Source: the human T2T-CHM13v2.0 reference genome, Homo sapiens
Length of the DNA stretch: 64,000 bases
Assembly: GCF_009914755.1 (NCBI RefSeq)
Contig: NC_060933.1
Direction: 5' to 3' (one strand)
Below, piece after piece: positions 15,370-34,365 of this stretch (positions are counted from its first letter, which is position 1; every line of letters starts with the position of its first letter). A model generated the notes under the pieces. It saw only the letters and a list, made by a program, of their open reading frames with translations. It searched no databases and had not been told where the DNA came from. The position numbers were made by a program, and so were the translations under genes.

Positions 15370-17030
15370 TTACCCACCAGTACCTACACCCACAGAGTCT
15401 GCCTTCTCACCTTTTAACTTAGACTAACTACCCTTACTCATATACGAAGCTCATACTTCACCTATTCAAAAATAGAAGTCGCAAGATTAGCTCACCTCTG
15501 GCCTTTGGATTTTTCCTTGGAAAATTCTATTAACATCCAGTCATGCTATATTCCCTATCCTTAAGGGCATGACAACAATAGAACACAAACAAAAAGAAAC
15601 TTTTCTTGGCTTTACTTTCTCTGCCAGCTCCTGTCCCATTTCTATTCTCTTTTGCAACACAATTCCTTGAAGGAGTTATCCACACTCTTTTAAAATATTT
15701 TTCTCTGTTATTCTTGTAAACACAGTCCAATCAGATTTTTCAGCACTTCCCCTACACTGCTCTTGTCAAAGTGTCCAACAAATCTCACATTGCTAAAATC
15801 AGTGGTCAACTCTCAATTCTCACATTACTCACACTATCTGCAGCATCTGATATAATTGATTACGACTCCTCCTTGTTAATTTTTTTTCTTGTTTCAGTCA
15901 GTCTTTTGGCATGAGTTCCATCCATATGCCACTGACTTCCAAATGTGGCTCTCTAGCCAACACCTCTCTCCCAAACTGCAAACTAAAATTCCAAAAGGCT
16001 TATTTGACTCTTTTTAGATGTCTTAGAGATATCTCAAACTTACCAATGTTCAAACCTGAACTCCTGATCTTTGCATTCAAAACTTTGTTTACCTGTAAAC
16101 TTCCTAATCTCATCTGGTGGAAACTCCATTCTCACACTTGCTTACACCAAATATTTAAGAGTCAGGCTCATTTGGTGGTCTCTTATGAGCTCACACTTGC
16201 AGTTTCACTCCTATGGAGCTCAGCCAGGGCTAGAACTTCCATTATGGTTTAAATCATATGGCTGGTAGTTGTGCTGACTATTGGCTGACTCTGGGGCTCT
16301 GTTCTCCTCCGTCAGTCTAGCTTAGCTTTCTATCAGCATGGCAGCTGCATTCCAAGACATAAAAAATGGAAGGTGTGGGGATTCTTGAAGTTTTGTCTTT
16401 GGAGTTGCACATTGTCATTTCTACCACATGATATTGGTTAAAGCAACTCATAAGATTAGTCCAGATTTAAGGGGAGGTAAGATAGAGTCTATGTCTTGAT
16501 GGAAAAGTGGAAAAGTCATATTGCAAAAGGTCATGTAAGATAGAATGGAGTGTTGCAGTCATCTTTGGAAACAATCGACCGTATAGGACATCTTCAAATT
16601 ACAAAATAAGCTACTTGCCCTAGAATGTGCCCTCTTTCCCCTTCTGTTACAAGCACATGACCCAGCTGTGATTAGGCAGATATGGACCATACCCTGGGGC
16701 ATGGAACAGCAAAAAGTTGAAAGAAACCTGTACTCGGATAATCATGCAAAGCTGAGTTGCTCATCCCATGACTGTTAGGTAAAGACAAAAAACTTTCTTC
16801 CATCTCCCTTTCTACCCGTTCCCTTTCACCCTCACCCCTTGTATCTTTGATGTTCCCTAAACTGGCCAGGCACTCTCCAGCCTTAGTCCTTTTAATTGTT
16901 CTGTCCACCTGAAACATTCTTTCCACAAATATCTACAGAGCTTGCTTCTTCACTTCATGCAAGGGTTTATTTAAATATCACCCACTTAATAAAGTATTTT
17001 TGACCACACTTTTTAAAATAAAAATCCATG
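15370..17030. mobile_element. L2 fragments interrupted by an old MLT1-like LTR (~16170-16550)
   Basis: L2 motifs (tgctcttgtcaaag...acattgctaaaatcagtggtcaactctca; atctcaaacttaccaatgttcaaacctgaactcctgatc). Confidence 0.6.
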
Positions 17031-17112
17031 ACTAATGAAGACTGACACACATTTAGTCCTTTGAACAATACCTAGATAAAAATGTCTGTGGAGTGAAAAG
17101 AATAAATGCTGA

Positions 17113-17595
<483 letters not shown>

Positions 17596-17849
17596 TCAGG
17601 CTCCCGCTCTTTGTCACTCCCCTTTGTGGAGACAGACAGACTTTCTGGAGCTGACTAACCTTGACTAACCTCTCACTACCCAACCCACATCTGGCTACAG
17701 GGGAAAGAACACTGTCACAGGAACTAGGCTGGTTGTACCATCCCCACAAGAGTGTATTCAGATTCTTCTTGAGAAGAGTCTAGAATTGCACCAGAACTCT
17801 GATCCCCAGCCCAAAAGCTTGCATCAATGTGGTATTTTTATAAACATGT

Positions 17850-19500
17850 ACATAGTGAAATGACTACCATAATCAAGCTAATTAGCATATCCATCACCTC
17901 ACATATTTACCTTCCTTTTTTATTGTATGAGAACTCTTAGGATCTATTCTCTTAGCAAATTCCAAGTATACAATACAGTATTATTAACAATAGTCACCAT
18001 GCTATACATTAGATCTCCAGGACTTATTTCTCTTGCATAACTGAAATTGGACCCTTTACTCAACGTCTCCCAATTTCCCCTACCCCCAACCCCTGGCAAA
18101 CATTATTCTACGCTCTGCTACCTGGATATTTTGTCTCTCTATGTACATTTTAGATTGCATAAAATAATTTGCTGTTGTAATGAATGGCATTGCACTGGAT
18201 CCACAAATCAAATTAGAAAGACATCTTGACAACATTGAGTCTCTCTATCCATGTATATGGAATAGCTCTCCATGTATTTAGTTCTTTGATTTCTTTCCTC
18301 AGCTTTATAGCTTTCCTCATATAGATCTTATACAAATTTGGTAGATGTATACCTATGTTTTTAATTTCTAGGGGTGCTAATGTAAATGATATTCTGTTTT
18401 TAATTTCAAATTCCACTTGTTTATTGCTGATGTATAGGAAAGTGATTGATTTTTTGATATTAGCTGTGCTCTTATTTTTATTTCCCTCATTTTCCTTGTT
18501 TTGAATTTACTTTGTTCTTCTTTCTTATTTCTTGAGTAGGAACTTAGAGTATTGACTTGAGGACACAAATGATGCTGAATAGCCAAAACAATATTTAGCA
18601 AAAAGAACGAAGCTGGAGGCATTATACTCCCTGATTTCAGAACATGTTATAAAGTTATATTAATTAAAACCACATAGGTACTCCTATAAAAACAGACACA
18701 TTGACCAATGGAACAGGATAGGAAGCCCAGAAATAAACCCAGCCATTTGATTTTTGACAAAGGTTCCTAGAACACACAGTGGGGAAAGCACAGCCTTCTC
18801 AATAAATGCTGTGGGAAAAACTGAGTATCCGCATGTAGAAGAATGAAATGAGATCCTTATATCATACCATATACAAAAATTAACTCTAAATTGATGAAAG
18901 ACTTAAATATAAGACTTGAAACTGGAAAACTATTACATGAAAACAGAGAAAATGCTCCAAGATATGGGTTTGATCAGCAATTTTTTGGATATAACCCTGA
19001 AAGCATAGGGAACAAAAGCAAAAATAAACAAATGGGATGACATCAAGATTAACTAACTTAATTATATTATTTGATGAATAGAAGTCATTAATTTATAGAA
19101 GTTCAATTTAATAAACTTTAAAAATATTTGGTGTCTTTTTGGTCCTGTTTAAGAAATCTTTGCCTATCTCAAGGTCATGGAAGATATTTTGTACTTTTTT
19201 GTTATAGAATTTGTATTGTTTTTACTGTCCAAGCTTCCACATTGTGGCCTATGATCCATCCTGAATAAATGTTGCTAAAAATTAAACTTTGACTTAGCTT
19301 ACTATAAATGATATTTATATTTATGTATTACATAATTTATTTACATATTCTCATATGTATTACATATGAGAATTATTTTACTATAAACACTATAATTAAG
19401 GCAGAATAGATATTTTAGATACATATTCCTGAAGATGCCACTTCCATTCAACGGACAAAAAGATAGTCTTTTCCATAAAATTTACTAGGTCAGTTAGATA
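17850..19500. mobile_element. Mosaic of old L1M fragments in both orientations
   Basis: Antisense L1 3'UTR/ORF2 at 17850-18550; sense ORF2 at 18550-19050 ([16 protein letters not shown]); further fragments to 19500. Confidence 0.75.
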
Positions 19501-19508
19501 TCTGTAGG

Positions 19509-20362
<854 letters not shown>

Positions 20363-20769
20363 TCAGAGAAAAATTTACCTACTATATCTTTAGAATAAAC
20401 TTTTAATTAAAGTTAATTAAAATTAACTTTTAATTTTATTTTTATGTTTTTTTCTCTCCCTTGTGAAACAGTAGTATACTTGAAAACAGGAGAATTTTTT
20501 TTTATGTTACCAACGCAGTGCCTGGTAACAAATTTTTAGAGGCTACTATGTGTCAGGCTCTGTGATAAGCATTTTAAGCACTTTACTTCCATAAGTCCTC
20601 GGAATAATCATACCCTCTTATATAAGTATTATTATGACCACCAAATCACAGATAAGAAAACAAGCATTAGAGAGAAATTAAGTCCAACTGATTCTAAATG
20701 CAGGAAGCTTGTACACTAGGTCTCCCTACATGGCTCCTCAATAAATAAATTAATTAAGAAATAAGAAGG

Positions 20770-21089
<320 letters not shown>

Positions 21090-21099
21090 TCATAAAATA

Positions 21100-21410
<311 letters not shown>

Positions 21411-23104
21411 AAAGTTTCATAAAATATCAGTCATATGAGAATAAGGAAAAGGAAAAAATAATGTAAATGAAAGATAAAGACAGAGAACAAGAAGAAAACA
21501 CAGCGGAGAATCAGAAATAAAGAAGATTGTTGGAAGAAGAGAATATATTACTATATTTATTTATTGAATACAGGTGGCGGGATAAAGATAGATGTATTAT
21601 CTATGTAGATAATATATAAATAATAAATATATATTACATAATTTATAAACAAGATAAATTATCTATTTATAGTCCAATCATGAAGATGGCACATTAATAC
21701 CTGACAATAACAGGTAGAAATAGAGCCAGTGAAGATGAGACAGAAAGCATCATAAGGATTGGGAAACACAAGGACAACATGGAATGGGCTGGTTTTGGAG
21801 TTTTAACTCTGCCTCAAGAAGTTATGGTACTTGCCTAAGCAAAGAGGTGGAAGTCTTACAGAAAAGGAAAATGTGAATGGACATAGCTGAGTGTTGGAAG
21901 AAAGGGTGGGGGTTGAGCTAAGTTGAGCTGCCAGGGTAGAGAGTAGGGCAGAAGTTAATTTCCAACAAGGTGCTCAGAAGGATCTGATCATGGAAAGTCT
22001 GGGCTTTATAGATTTCATCCTTTTCACAGAGGAGCAGCTGAAGCAGACCTTTCCTTTGGGACGATTGTCAGGACGGAGGACACAGGGTCCGTTAGAGAAG
22101 GGTAACTGAGAAGTGACGAATGACCATGGAAGCTTATGGGTGGTTTAGGCATAAGGTAACCAGGGCCTGAGACCAGAGAAATTCCAGCAGCAAGAGAAAT
22201 AAGAGAAAATAGAAATGGGAAGTATAGGAAAAGGAAACATTTTACAGCTCTTATTCCAACTCTGGGCGAGCTTATACGTATAAAGTCTAGAGTTTTTTCT
22301 CTTGTTGATGGTGAAAGGGAATAAACAGCATGAAACTCACCCTGGAGGCTAAGATAGTTTGACTCAGAGTTCTCCCCACCGCTTGACCTTTCATGACCCT
22401 GGGTACACACTAACTCTGAAGTTAGTGGGCAAGGTGGGCAGGGGCTCATGGACTCCATGAAATCCATCTGACTGTTAGCTCTGTCTCTCACCACGTCGGG
22501 GGGGCCAGGGGCTGTGGCTTAACCTCATTGTGCCTCAGCCAATTCTTCTGCATGTAAAATGAGGATATTCACTATGTGGCCATTGTGAGATGATCCATGT
22601 AAACCTGTGTAGCACTGAGCACAGTGTTCTCAGTAAATGCTGAGCCCTAATACCCAATATACCCACAGCTCCATGCATGTGCTCCTTAGCAAGCATACGC
22701 AGACAGCTTGGCTTATCTGCTTGTGTCACATTATAAAAGTTGGCTTCTTGGTTATTTCTACAGTGCAGCCCATAATACCGATTTCCTTAAGAGCAAAAAA
22801 AATGCCTTATTTCTTTCCTCAAAAATGAGAATTGGCCTTTTAAAACTTTTCCTCAAATGACAGGACTGGTGCTGTAAATGCTTATGAAGACTGGTCCCTT
22901 TGCATGTACGGGCTTATCTTCCTGAAGATACGAAGCTGTGGCTAGCTGCTTTCTTCTGTTTTAACGACCACAGAACGCACAAAGTAGAGGTGCAAGTGGA
23001 AGCTGCAAAGAGCTCTACAACCTCTGTCAAGGTGCTTGTCCTTGCCCAAGCTATTACTGTTCTTGGTGGAGATTATTCCCCGCTGATCTAAAATATGCTC
23101 TAAT

Positions 23105-23450
<346 letters not shown>

Positions 23451-24351
23451 CTATTTCTTGGGACATGAGCATTCTTTAACTGAGTTTAAAGTTCTTGAAT
23501 TATAAATGGATAGAAATACAGCTTCACAGAGGTATGCTCATAAAGGAGTCTTCACACTTGAAGATACAGTGGACACATACACACACGCACACACACACAC
23601 GTTTAGAGAAGTTCCCTTAATCAATCTGACAGCATGTAGTTATAAAAAACACAAATTTTATGAGGTGATGGTACAGCTTCTGCTTCCCTATATACTATAC
23701 CTCTGGAGAACGAAGAGCACTGAATACTATATTTTTACTTTCTATGTTTGGAACTACACTTATTATCATGCCATTACTCAATAAACATGCATCACAATGT
23801 CCCCATACCACCATGAATGGGCACAAATAACCCCATCCTATTGTGGTGGGGTTAATTTTTTAGGACACCAGGTGCTGTCCACTGTTAAGAGCGTCAGTTT
23901 GCCTGATTTTTTCAAGTTTATTCTCCAAGAGCCTTTCACTCAGGTTGGGTCTGCAAAGCACCAGCAAGTCCAACAACTCAACCAAATGTCTACAGCTGTG
24001 GGTGGCAGATAAGTATAGCAGCTAACCCAAAACAAATAAAAGCAACTCCTAGGGGAAATAAGAGGGATGCTGGGAGGGCTTTTTATTTGAGTGCCACTGT
24101 GGTCTTACTGATTTGAGTGCCCACTTGTTTTGGAATTTAGGGTGTGGGAGTGACCAAGGAGCACAGTGACTAGAGGGAACTAGAAACAAAATAGACATTG
24201 TTCACTTTGGTTGCTAAATTTAATATGTCCCTATTGCACTTTTTGTTTTGGGAAATTTTTCCAACATTAAGAAAAGCCCTTTTAAAGAAAAGTGTTAAAA
24301 CATTGGTTACATGAGAACGAAGGAGGATTCACCTTACAAGGTGAAATTATG

Positions 24352-26719
<2,368 letters not shown>

Positions 26720-27799
26720 AGAAAAATGTTATTTATATTCTAATGGTACCAACTTCAATACCCTTTATCACTCTGAACCACAGTTTTTTAATTTAATAAG
26801 GAAAATTGGGTAGAAAAATGTATTAAAATATATATTAATCTATCAAATACTACACAAAGACAAGTCTTTAAATGGGTTAGGCAATATACTGAAGTTGAAC
26901 ACCAGTAAAACGTTGAGTAACCCCTCCATAGAATTCCCATAGAAATCTCTTCCTTACCATAAACCTAAGATCATTGCTCTCTCTCACTACCACAGGGATG
27001 TGATTTTAGCATTTCTATCCAATTTGCGGGTAGCCTAAGCCATCAGTGAGATATTTGGCATTCTGTATCTAAGCCTGTTCCCTCACCACCACACTTCTTC
27101 ATTTCTCTTGGTTTTAGTCTATCTGTAGAAAACACTGAAAAGTGACAAGATGTCTATTTCAAAATCATACACTCATTGCTCACTAAATATTAGCTCTTCA
27201 ATCACCTGGAGGTACCTGGTATCAGTCTCTCCCGCCTCTCTATGTAGAAGAGGGAGGGGTATTCTGACTGTTGGGTGGTTGTATATTCTCTCAGTTTTCA
27301 AAAGTGTCTACTAATTAAATGCCATTGGACATGTGCTCCTACTTCCTGTGGGGGATGAGACACAGTGTGACACAAAAGACAAAATGTCCTTTCTGTATGT
27401 TATTATGTCACTTTGTTCATATTCTGTGACCCTACACATTTATAATGTCACCTTTACCTTTCATTATGTTCATACGTGCACACTATATTCTGAGACCCCT
27501 CATTTCATTGTTGATTTGTCGATTTCTGAACAAACAGCAGTTTTAATTATTTTAACTTCAGACTTTTCAGTAGGAAAAGTCATATCTGATTTTTATTTTG
27601 CTTGAAAATGCTTCTTACTCATATTCTCCTCAGGATGAAATTCCCCTCATCCTGATACTCAGTAACCGCATTCATTCCATCCATTCCACCTGACTTTCTC
27701 CCCATCTATTAGCTCCTGCTGTATTCGTTTCTCATCTTATCAAGCTTAGGAAGAATATCGTCCATTATTTACCATTTCCTCTCTTCTATCATTAGTCAA

Positions 27800-27965
27800 A
27801 ACTGTGTTTCTCCAAGTGTGGTCCATGAAACTACTGCCTCTGAATTACCAGGGGTACTTGCTAAAATGCATATTCCTAGGCCCCATTCAATCTGGAATGA
27901 ATGAAGCTTGAAATCTGCAAATGGAATATGTGCCTCTGAAGTACATTATCGTTTGATAGCTGCTT
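27800..27965. mobile_element. MER5-like hAT DNA transposon fossil
   Basis: ctgtgtttctccaagtgtggtcc...cttgctaaaatgcatattcctaggcccc. Confidence 0.65.
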
Positions 27966-29774
27966 CCCTAGCCTCTCTGCCCATCGCATGGCATCACTCT
28001 CACAAACCCTGACTCAGGATGAACCTGCCTTTCTGCCTTCTTATGGCCTTTAACTAACGGGTGAGTGGTGTGACTGAACGAGCATTCACCACAATCCACT
28101 TCAACAGGCTTCAAACACCACTGATAATCCTGATACAGAAGTCAGCATCTGCCACACATTCTCCCTATCAGCAGTGACCCAAGTGTTCAGTCCCAGCCAG
28201 TACCTCACTTCACTTATATTGAGTTTCCTTTAATGGGCCACTGTTGCTCTTTTCTCCCAATACTTGTGAGTCTGAGACACCCTAGTTTATCAAACATGTT
28301 CTAAATGGCACTGAAGCTCAAAGAGAAATGGTCTGGATGCCACTTCCCTTCTGCACAAATGGCTCTTTTATATCTCTATAAATTTGCAAAAGAAAAATAG
28401 ATACTTCTAGAAGCAGGAGCAACCTCACTTATCAGACCATTGATAAGACAAACATAGTTACAACCATCCCCTGAACCATGCGTTGGGCACTTGCCTTATA
28501 CCTGTTATCATGAGAGGGACTGTCCAAGTGGTTCATGCCAGAGAAAAAGAGAGTTTTCCCAATGTAAATGAACTTAACCTCTAAGGATTTAATACTTCTA
28601 GTAATTTCAAAATGATTTTAAAAAGTTAAACTTCTTCTTTGCTCCTTAAATTTCCCTGTACCTCACACTGTAAATGAGTGCACAAGAAAGATTAAAAAAA
28701 AGATGGCACTAAAATTTTAGCTGTTATTTGGGAATGATGAAAATAGGAGTGATTTTTAAATTATTATTTTTACAAAGTAACATTTATTAATTTTGTAATT
28801 AGAAGGAAGAAAGATAATATTTATTTCACAAATATGCTCCAACTTGAAAATGCTTTGAAGATGAGGGGTGAGGTCAGCAGCCTGCTGTGTCAGTAAGGTA
28901 CTTTAGCCTTGGGTCCTGTACACACTTACAACAGCAGGAAAATCTGGTGCTTTGGGAAGAGGTGTCCACAGGGGCTAAGGCACAAAATAAGAGGGCTGCA
29001 TATGGACTGTGTGAAGTAATAAATTCCTGAAGGCCTGCTTATTCTATGTATTTAAAATTTAAAATTACCCATTCCAAGCATGGAAAAGACAGTTTAGGGT
29101 CTTTATAACCAAAGAGAATAAGAATGATCTGTTCTCCTTAATGGAACCCCAGAGACTAGAATTTAACTATTTCCTGGCTGCATTCCACTTCTACCACCCC
29201 AATTTGAGTCTAGAACTCAAAGTACAATTCATCCTAGATTCTATGCACATGTACAAATCATCACATTTGTTTTATCTAGAAGTGTAATGGTAACTTAGTG
29301 TTGCAAGAAAAGCCCTATGTCTATTCAGAAAATGTTATTTATATTCTAATGGTACCAACCCCTCCCTTGACTTGGCTCTGTAACCATTCTGGTAAAAAGG
29401 AAGAATTATGGTAAATAGGAGGGATTACAGGTTGAAGATGGACAATCACTCAAAACTTGAAAAGAAAAAGTCACTCCACTGCCTGAAGCACTTCAATGAT
29501 TGCCCATTGCATTCAGAATAAAATTCAAGTTGCTTATCCTGACCTATGAAGCCCTAAACCCTTCCATTCCTCTGCCTTTCACAGTTTATCTTATGCCAGT
29601 CTCTCTCTGTGCCATCCTCATGGACATGAATAGTCTTCTTTGGTCTGAAGATTATTCTTGGTTGCTTTATATACTGCTTAATAATAAGAAGAAATTTACC
29701 CCCTTTGAATTCCAAATAAGATAAAAGAAGTGGCTGGATGTTATCACAAGTACAACATTTCTGTTTGGGAAGTA

Positions 29775-30150
29775 TGGAATACTTCTCAGCCATAAAAAAG
29801 AATGAAATACTTTTTGCAGCAATATGGATGGAACTGGAGGCCATTATCTTAAGTGATATAACTCAGAAACAGAAATTCAAAGACTGCATGTTCTCACTTA
29901 TAAGTGAGAGATAAGTAATATGTACCCATGGACATGAAAAGTGGAATAGACATTGAAGACTCATTGGAGATTTTGGAGACTCCAGTAGACACTGGAAGGG
30001 TGAGAGGGAAGTGAGGGATGAGAAATTACCTGAAAGGTACACTGTACACTATTTGGGTGATGGGTACACTAAACGCTGAGGTTTCACCAGCACACAATAT
30101 ATCCATGTAACAAAACTGCACTTGTACCCCCTGAGTCTATTTTTAAAAGT
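29775..30150 (+). mobile_element. L1 3' end (L1MA-like)
   Basis: tggaatacttctcagccataaaaaagaatgaaat...catgtaacaaaactgcacttgtacccc. Confidence 0.85.
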
Positions 30151-30323
30151 GATTAAAATCTGTATGTTCTCCCCAACCAGCATTTGCCAGAACAGTGGTC
30201 CCCATGCGCCTGCAGGGACTTGACCAACTATTAGGGCAAAGGCCTGCTACTTATCTACTTCCATGGTGAAGAAAACCACAACAGCTTTGGTGACCAAGAA
30301 TGTGGAATCCTTTGAGGAACCTC

Positions 30324-30812
30324 TGCTAGGGTCCAACCTGCAGACCCTGACCCAGCGATGGATGAATGAAGTACACTGACACACAGATATTCTGCTTTGC
30401 CAGTCCAGCTGAGTGTCTGAGCCACCTACAGACTCCCTGGAGAGTACTGTAAACAGTTGCAACTCCTCGATCAGTCAGTGAGACTTGCATTTATTTAGTA
30501 AAGATTAATTGACAAAGGTCATAGGAAAACACCATTAGAGGGTAATTGACATTGTGGACTTCCTGAGTAGAAAGCAATTAAGCACCCAGGGTACATCAAA
30601 GGTTAGTCTTAGGAAAACAAGTTAGTTAGATAAACTACTCTACATTATTTTGTATTTGTGCCTTAAGCTCTCTAGCTCCTGCAAAGAGACTCTGGCTGCC
30701 TTCAGCCAGACAATCAGAAGCTATGCAAACTCTCAGGCTTTCCAAGAGAGTTTGTGGCTATTACTATAACTATCATTAATATTTTTCCAATTGGCCTGAT
30801 TGAACCCCCACA
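30324..30812 (-). mobile_element. LTR22-family solo LTR (HERV-K HML-5)
   Basis: Minus strand TGTGGGGGTTCAATCAGG...GACCCTAGCA; exact 6-bp TSD AACCTC. Confidence 0.8.
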
Positions 30813-32009
30813 AACCTCAACTTCAGCAGAGAGCTGGAAGCAGGGTAAGGAACTGCAGTTGCCTTTGCAATTCATTGAGAATAAAGAGAAACTAAAGGGA
30901 CTTCAAACTCATTTGAATAACCTTAGTCTCTTTGTGTCGTAGAATATTCTTAAAATACTTTCAAGGTAAATCATGATATGACTCACAGAGGGAAAAGATC
31001 TGTCATTTTGGAGACCTTAAAATACTTGATTTTTAAAAACGTGTGCATTTTACTTACCCTTGTGATATAAAGTGCTAAGATTTCACAGGGGTTGTGTAAA
31101 AATGTGCATTTTATATTCAGAGAAAAGGCTGCAAGCACAGAGATGTCACTTCAGGGATTCAGTTTCTAGTTGTTATCTTATTGTCAATCCTTTCAGCTTG
31201 GTCATCTCCATATCCCCACACACCAGCTCATTAAAGTAGGATATTTGCTATGTTTTATGTATAATATAGAGAAAAGCAGACATCACTTTCCACAACTCAT
31301 ATGTTTCTGAAGTGATATGTACTCTTTGTAAGACTCAGAAATCATCCCTCTCTGCTTACCTAATCAAAAAGTAGAAAATCAAATATTTCTGGTATGATGC
31401 TGCTTTTCACCATTTTAAATGTGACTAGAAAAGGCTTGCATGCACCTTACTGTAGAAATAAAGGTAGACTACCCACATGAGAACAGGTGATTAATTCAAA
31501 GTTTGGGAGTGGGAAAGCTTTAGAGTGAGCAAAAAACGGGAGGGAAAGCGTGGGGGAAGGCTTCAAGTATGCTCTGATTGCATGTAGTTGGCAAGGGGAA
31601 GTTGGAAGTAGGTTAACTAGAAGCAGAGTATCTTATGTGTTTGGTTTGGGGAACATATTTTGCTTTATTTGGTTGGTTCTAAGTTGGAAACAAGGCAAAA
31701 TAGGGAAGCTAACAGTCATTAATGATATCCTGACCACTTGGGACCAATTACTGCCAATGATGTGGTTTGGCTTCCTGGACTGGTGGCTTCAGAGATTGTG
31801 AATCAGAATTCTATTGTCATATCATCTGACCACTACTCATTTGAATATTTATCCTCTCAGCCCCCCATTATGGTCATTCTCTTACTTACGAGAGATTGAC
31901 CAATTCAGGGGCAGCTAGAAACCCACATCTTCACCACTATGATATTGCCGAGTGGTCTCCATTGCAAACTATATTGTGAGGTCTTGACTTTTTGTTGTTG
32001 TGTCAGCAC

Positions 32010-32421
32010 TGAGAGGTGAGGCCAGTTGGACTTCCTGGGTCCAGTGGGGACTTGGGGAACTTCCCTGTCTTACAAGAGGATTGTATAAAGCACCAATCAG
32101 CACTCTGTAAAATGCACCAGTCAGCAGATTCTAAAAGTAGCCAATTGCCTGGAGGATTGAAAAAAGGGCATTCTGATAGGACAGGAACAGAATATGGGAG
32201 GGGCCAATAAGGGAATAAAAGCTGGCCACCCCAGCCAGCAGTGGCAACCTGCTCCCCTTTCCATGCTGTGGAAGCTTTCCTCTTCACAATAAACCTTGCT
32301 AGTGCTCAGTTTGGGTCTGTGCCATCTTTAAGAGCTGTAACAGTCACAGCGAAGGTCTGTGGCTTTATTCTTGAAGTCAGCGAGACCATGAACCCACCAG
32401 TAGGAACCAACTCCGGACACA
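32010..32421 (+). mobile_element. LTR12 (F-like) solo LTR (HERV9) nested in the provirus
   Basis: tgagaggtgaggccagttggacttcctggg...caccaatcagcactctgtaaaa...aaccaactccggacaca. Confidence 0.85.
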
Positions 32422-32608
32422 GTATGGCAATGATCTCTGGTGAGAACAGCTGCCCAGTAGAATGTAAGACTTGGCAGAGGATGTGATGGACCTGCATCAT
32501 GGCAGGTATGACCAAAGTGTTGCACGCTTTGTAGTTCCGTGTGCAGGGTGGAATGGCGCCCAGCGGCTTTTTCCCCCCTGTTGCTTGGCGAGTGAGAGGG
32601 AGGTTACA

Positions 32609-33396
32609 GTGTTACAGAATTCCTTCAGTGCCGCTTCACCAGCTGGAAATCTCTGTGGCTGCACTGACTTCTGTTCCGGCCCTTGCTCAGGCCTGCTGGG
32701 TTGCTCTGCCCACTTGGCCCAGCAGGCTGCGCTTGGCTCACATTACTGGCCCAGATCCTGTGGTCAGTGTGGCTGCGTGCTCAGCTCATAGCTGGACTGG
32801 GCATGCTGCAATTGGCTTCCATATTGGGCGCTGGTATCTAGATGAAGGGGAGGTGGTGGCGCCAGAATACTTGGAGATGACAGCAACTGCAAAGCCCCAA
32901 AGGGTGTTACAGCTTTTGCTTGGGGAGTCCTGAGGTCTGAGCCCCCTGGAAATGTTACAGTTCTCTCTGGTTCCTGCTGCCTGCAGCCCAGTGAACAGGG
33001 GTGCCTTACATCTCCTTTGTTACTGTCACCCGCAGCTTGGGGAGTTCCCACAACCAACAAGAATAAGGTGTGTGGACAGCAGAGAGTGAGAAAGGCAGAG
33101 AAGAATTTTATTGAGCGGCAGAAAAGCTCTCAACACAAGAGGGGACCTGAAGTGGGTAGACTTCTGTGTGAAAGGGGGCCTGAAAGCCGGCAGCCATCTG
33201 TGTGGCTGAGTATAGGATTTTTAAGGGCTCAGAATGGGGGAGTGCATGCTGATTGGGCCGGGGGAGGTCTTGGAAAAAGCACCATTTATTGGTTAAAAGG
33301 CATAGAGGATGTTCTCACTCTGGTTGTGGACTCTACCTAGAACTGGCAGTTGGGTTTTCAGGGGTCAGGCTGTCTTTGGCTTAAAGGTCGGGTTTC
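32609..33396 (-). mobile_element. MER52-family LTR fragment nested in the provirus
   Basis: GC-rich MER52-like body, homologous to 54366-55426. Confidence 0.7.
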
Positions 33397-34006
33397 AAAA
33401 ACAAAAATAATCACTAGTCCCTATAAAATGTTACAGAAGCAGAAATTCTAATTTTCCAACCCAGACCAAGAGAACATATAGGCCACAGACCTTGAAGATC
33501 TGCCTTAGAATGGCAATTATCTTTTTTCCATAAGGAAATGTGAGATGTAGAGCCTGTTTTACTTTGCCTGTTTCGTTGATTCAAATATAGTGAGAAGTAT
33601 TAGCAATAACACAGAGCTACCATGAGTAGCCAACAAGAAATCTAGAGAAATGTGGTTATTATTACTTGTACCAATGAATTGAGGCTGATTTATATTTCGT
33701 ATAGGGAAGAGACAATGTCATTAACTTCTGCCAGAGTTATTGGTGATAAAACTATTGGTGATGGTTTTCTTACAGTTTTTTTCTATTTGTACAATTCTCA
33801 CTCTGATTATTCACACAGTGAGTCAGTAACTCCCCCAGGTAGACTGCCTGAATAATCAAGGGTGGCCACATTTGGAAGCTCCAGTCTGAGGTGGAATTTC
33901 CAGACTTCCGTTTGGAAACTGGGGTTGACCCACTGATATTTTATAATGGCCTATCTGAATCCTTAGAAACTTCTCCTTTGAAGATTTACAGAAGACAATA
34001 ACTTTA

Positions 34007-34365
<359 letters not shown>

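Noticed and set aside
22024-22494. 156-aa minus-strand ORF with a strong donor near 22340
   Set aside because: Non-ATG start, low complexity, partly MIR-like; no family resemblance.
28502-28667. SLEVKFIYIGK resembling the ERICH3 DUF4590 start
   Set aside because: The similarity is too short, and the downstream motifs (QQHCGGEN, LSSCCEY) were not found.
30181-30844. Possible plus-strand exon interrupted by LTR22
   Set aside because: Stops in all frames and no partner exons found.
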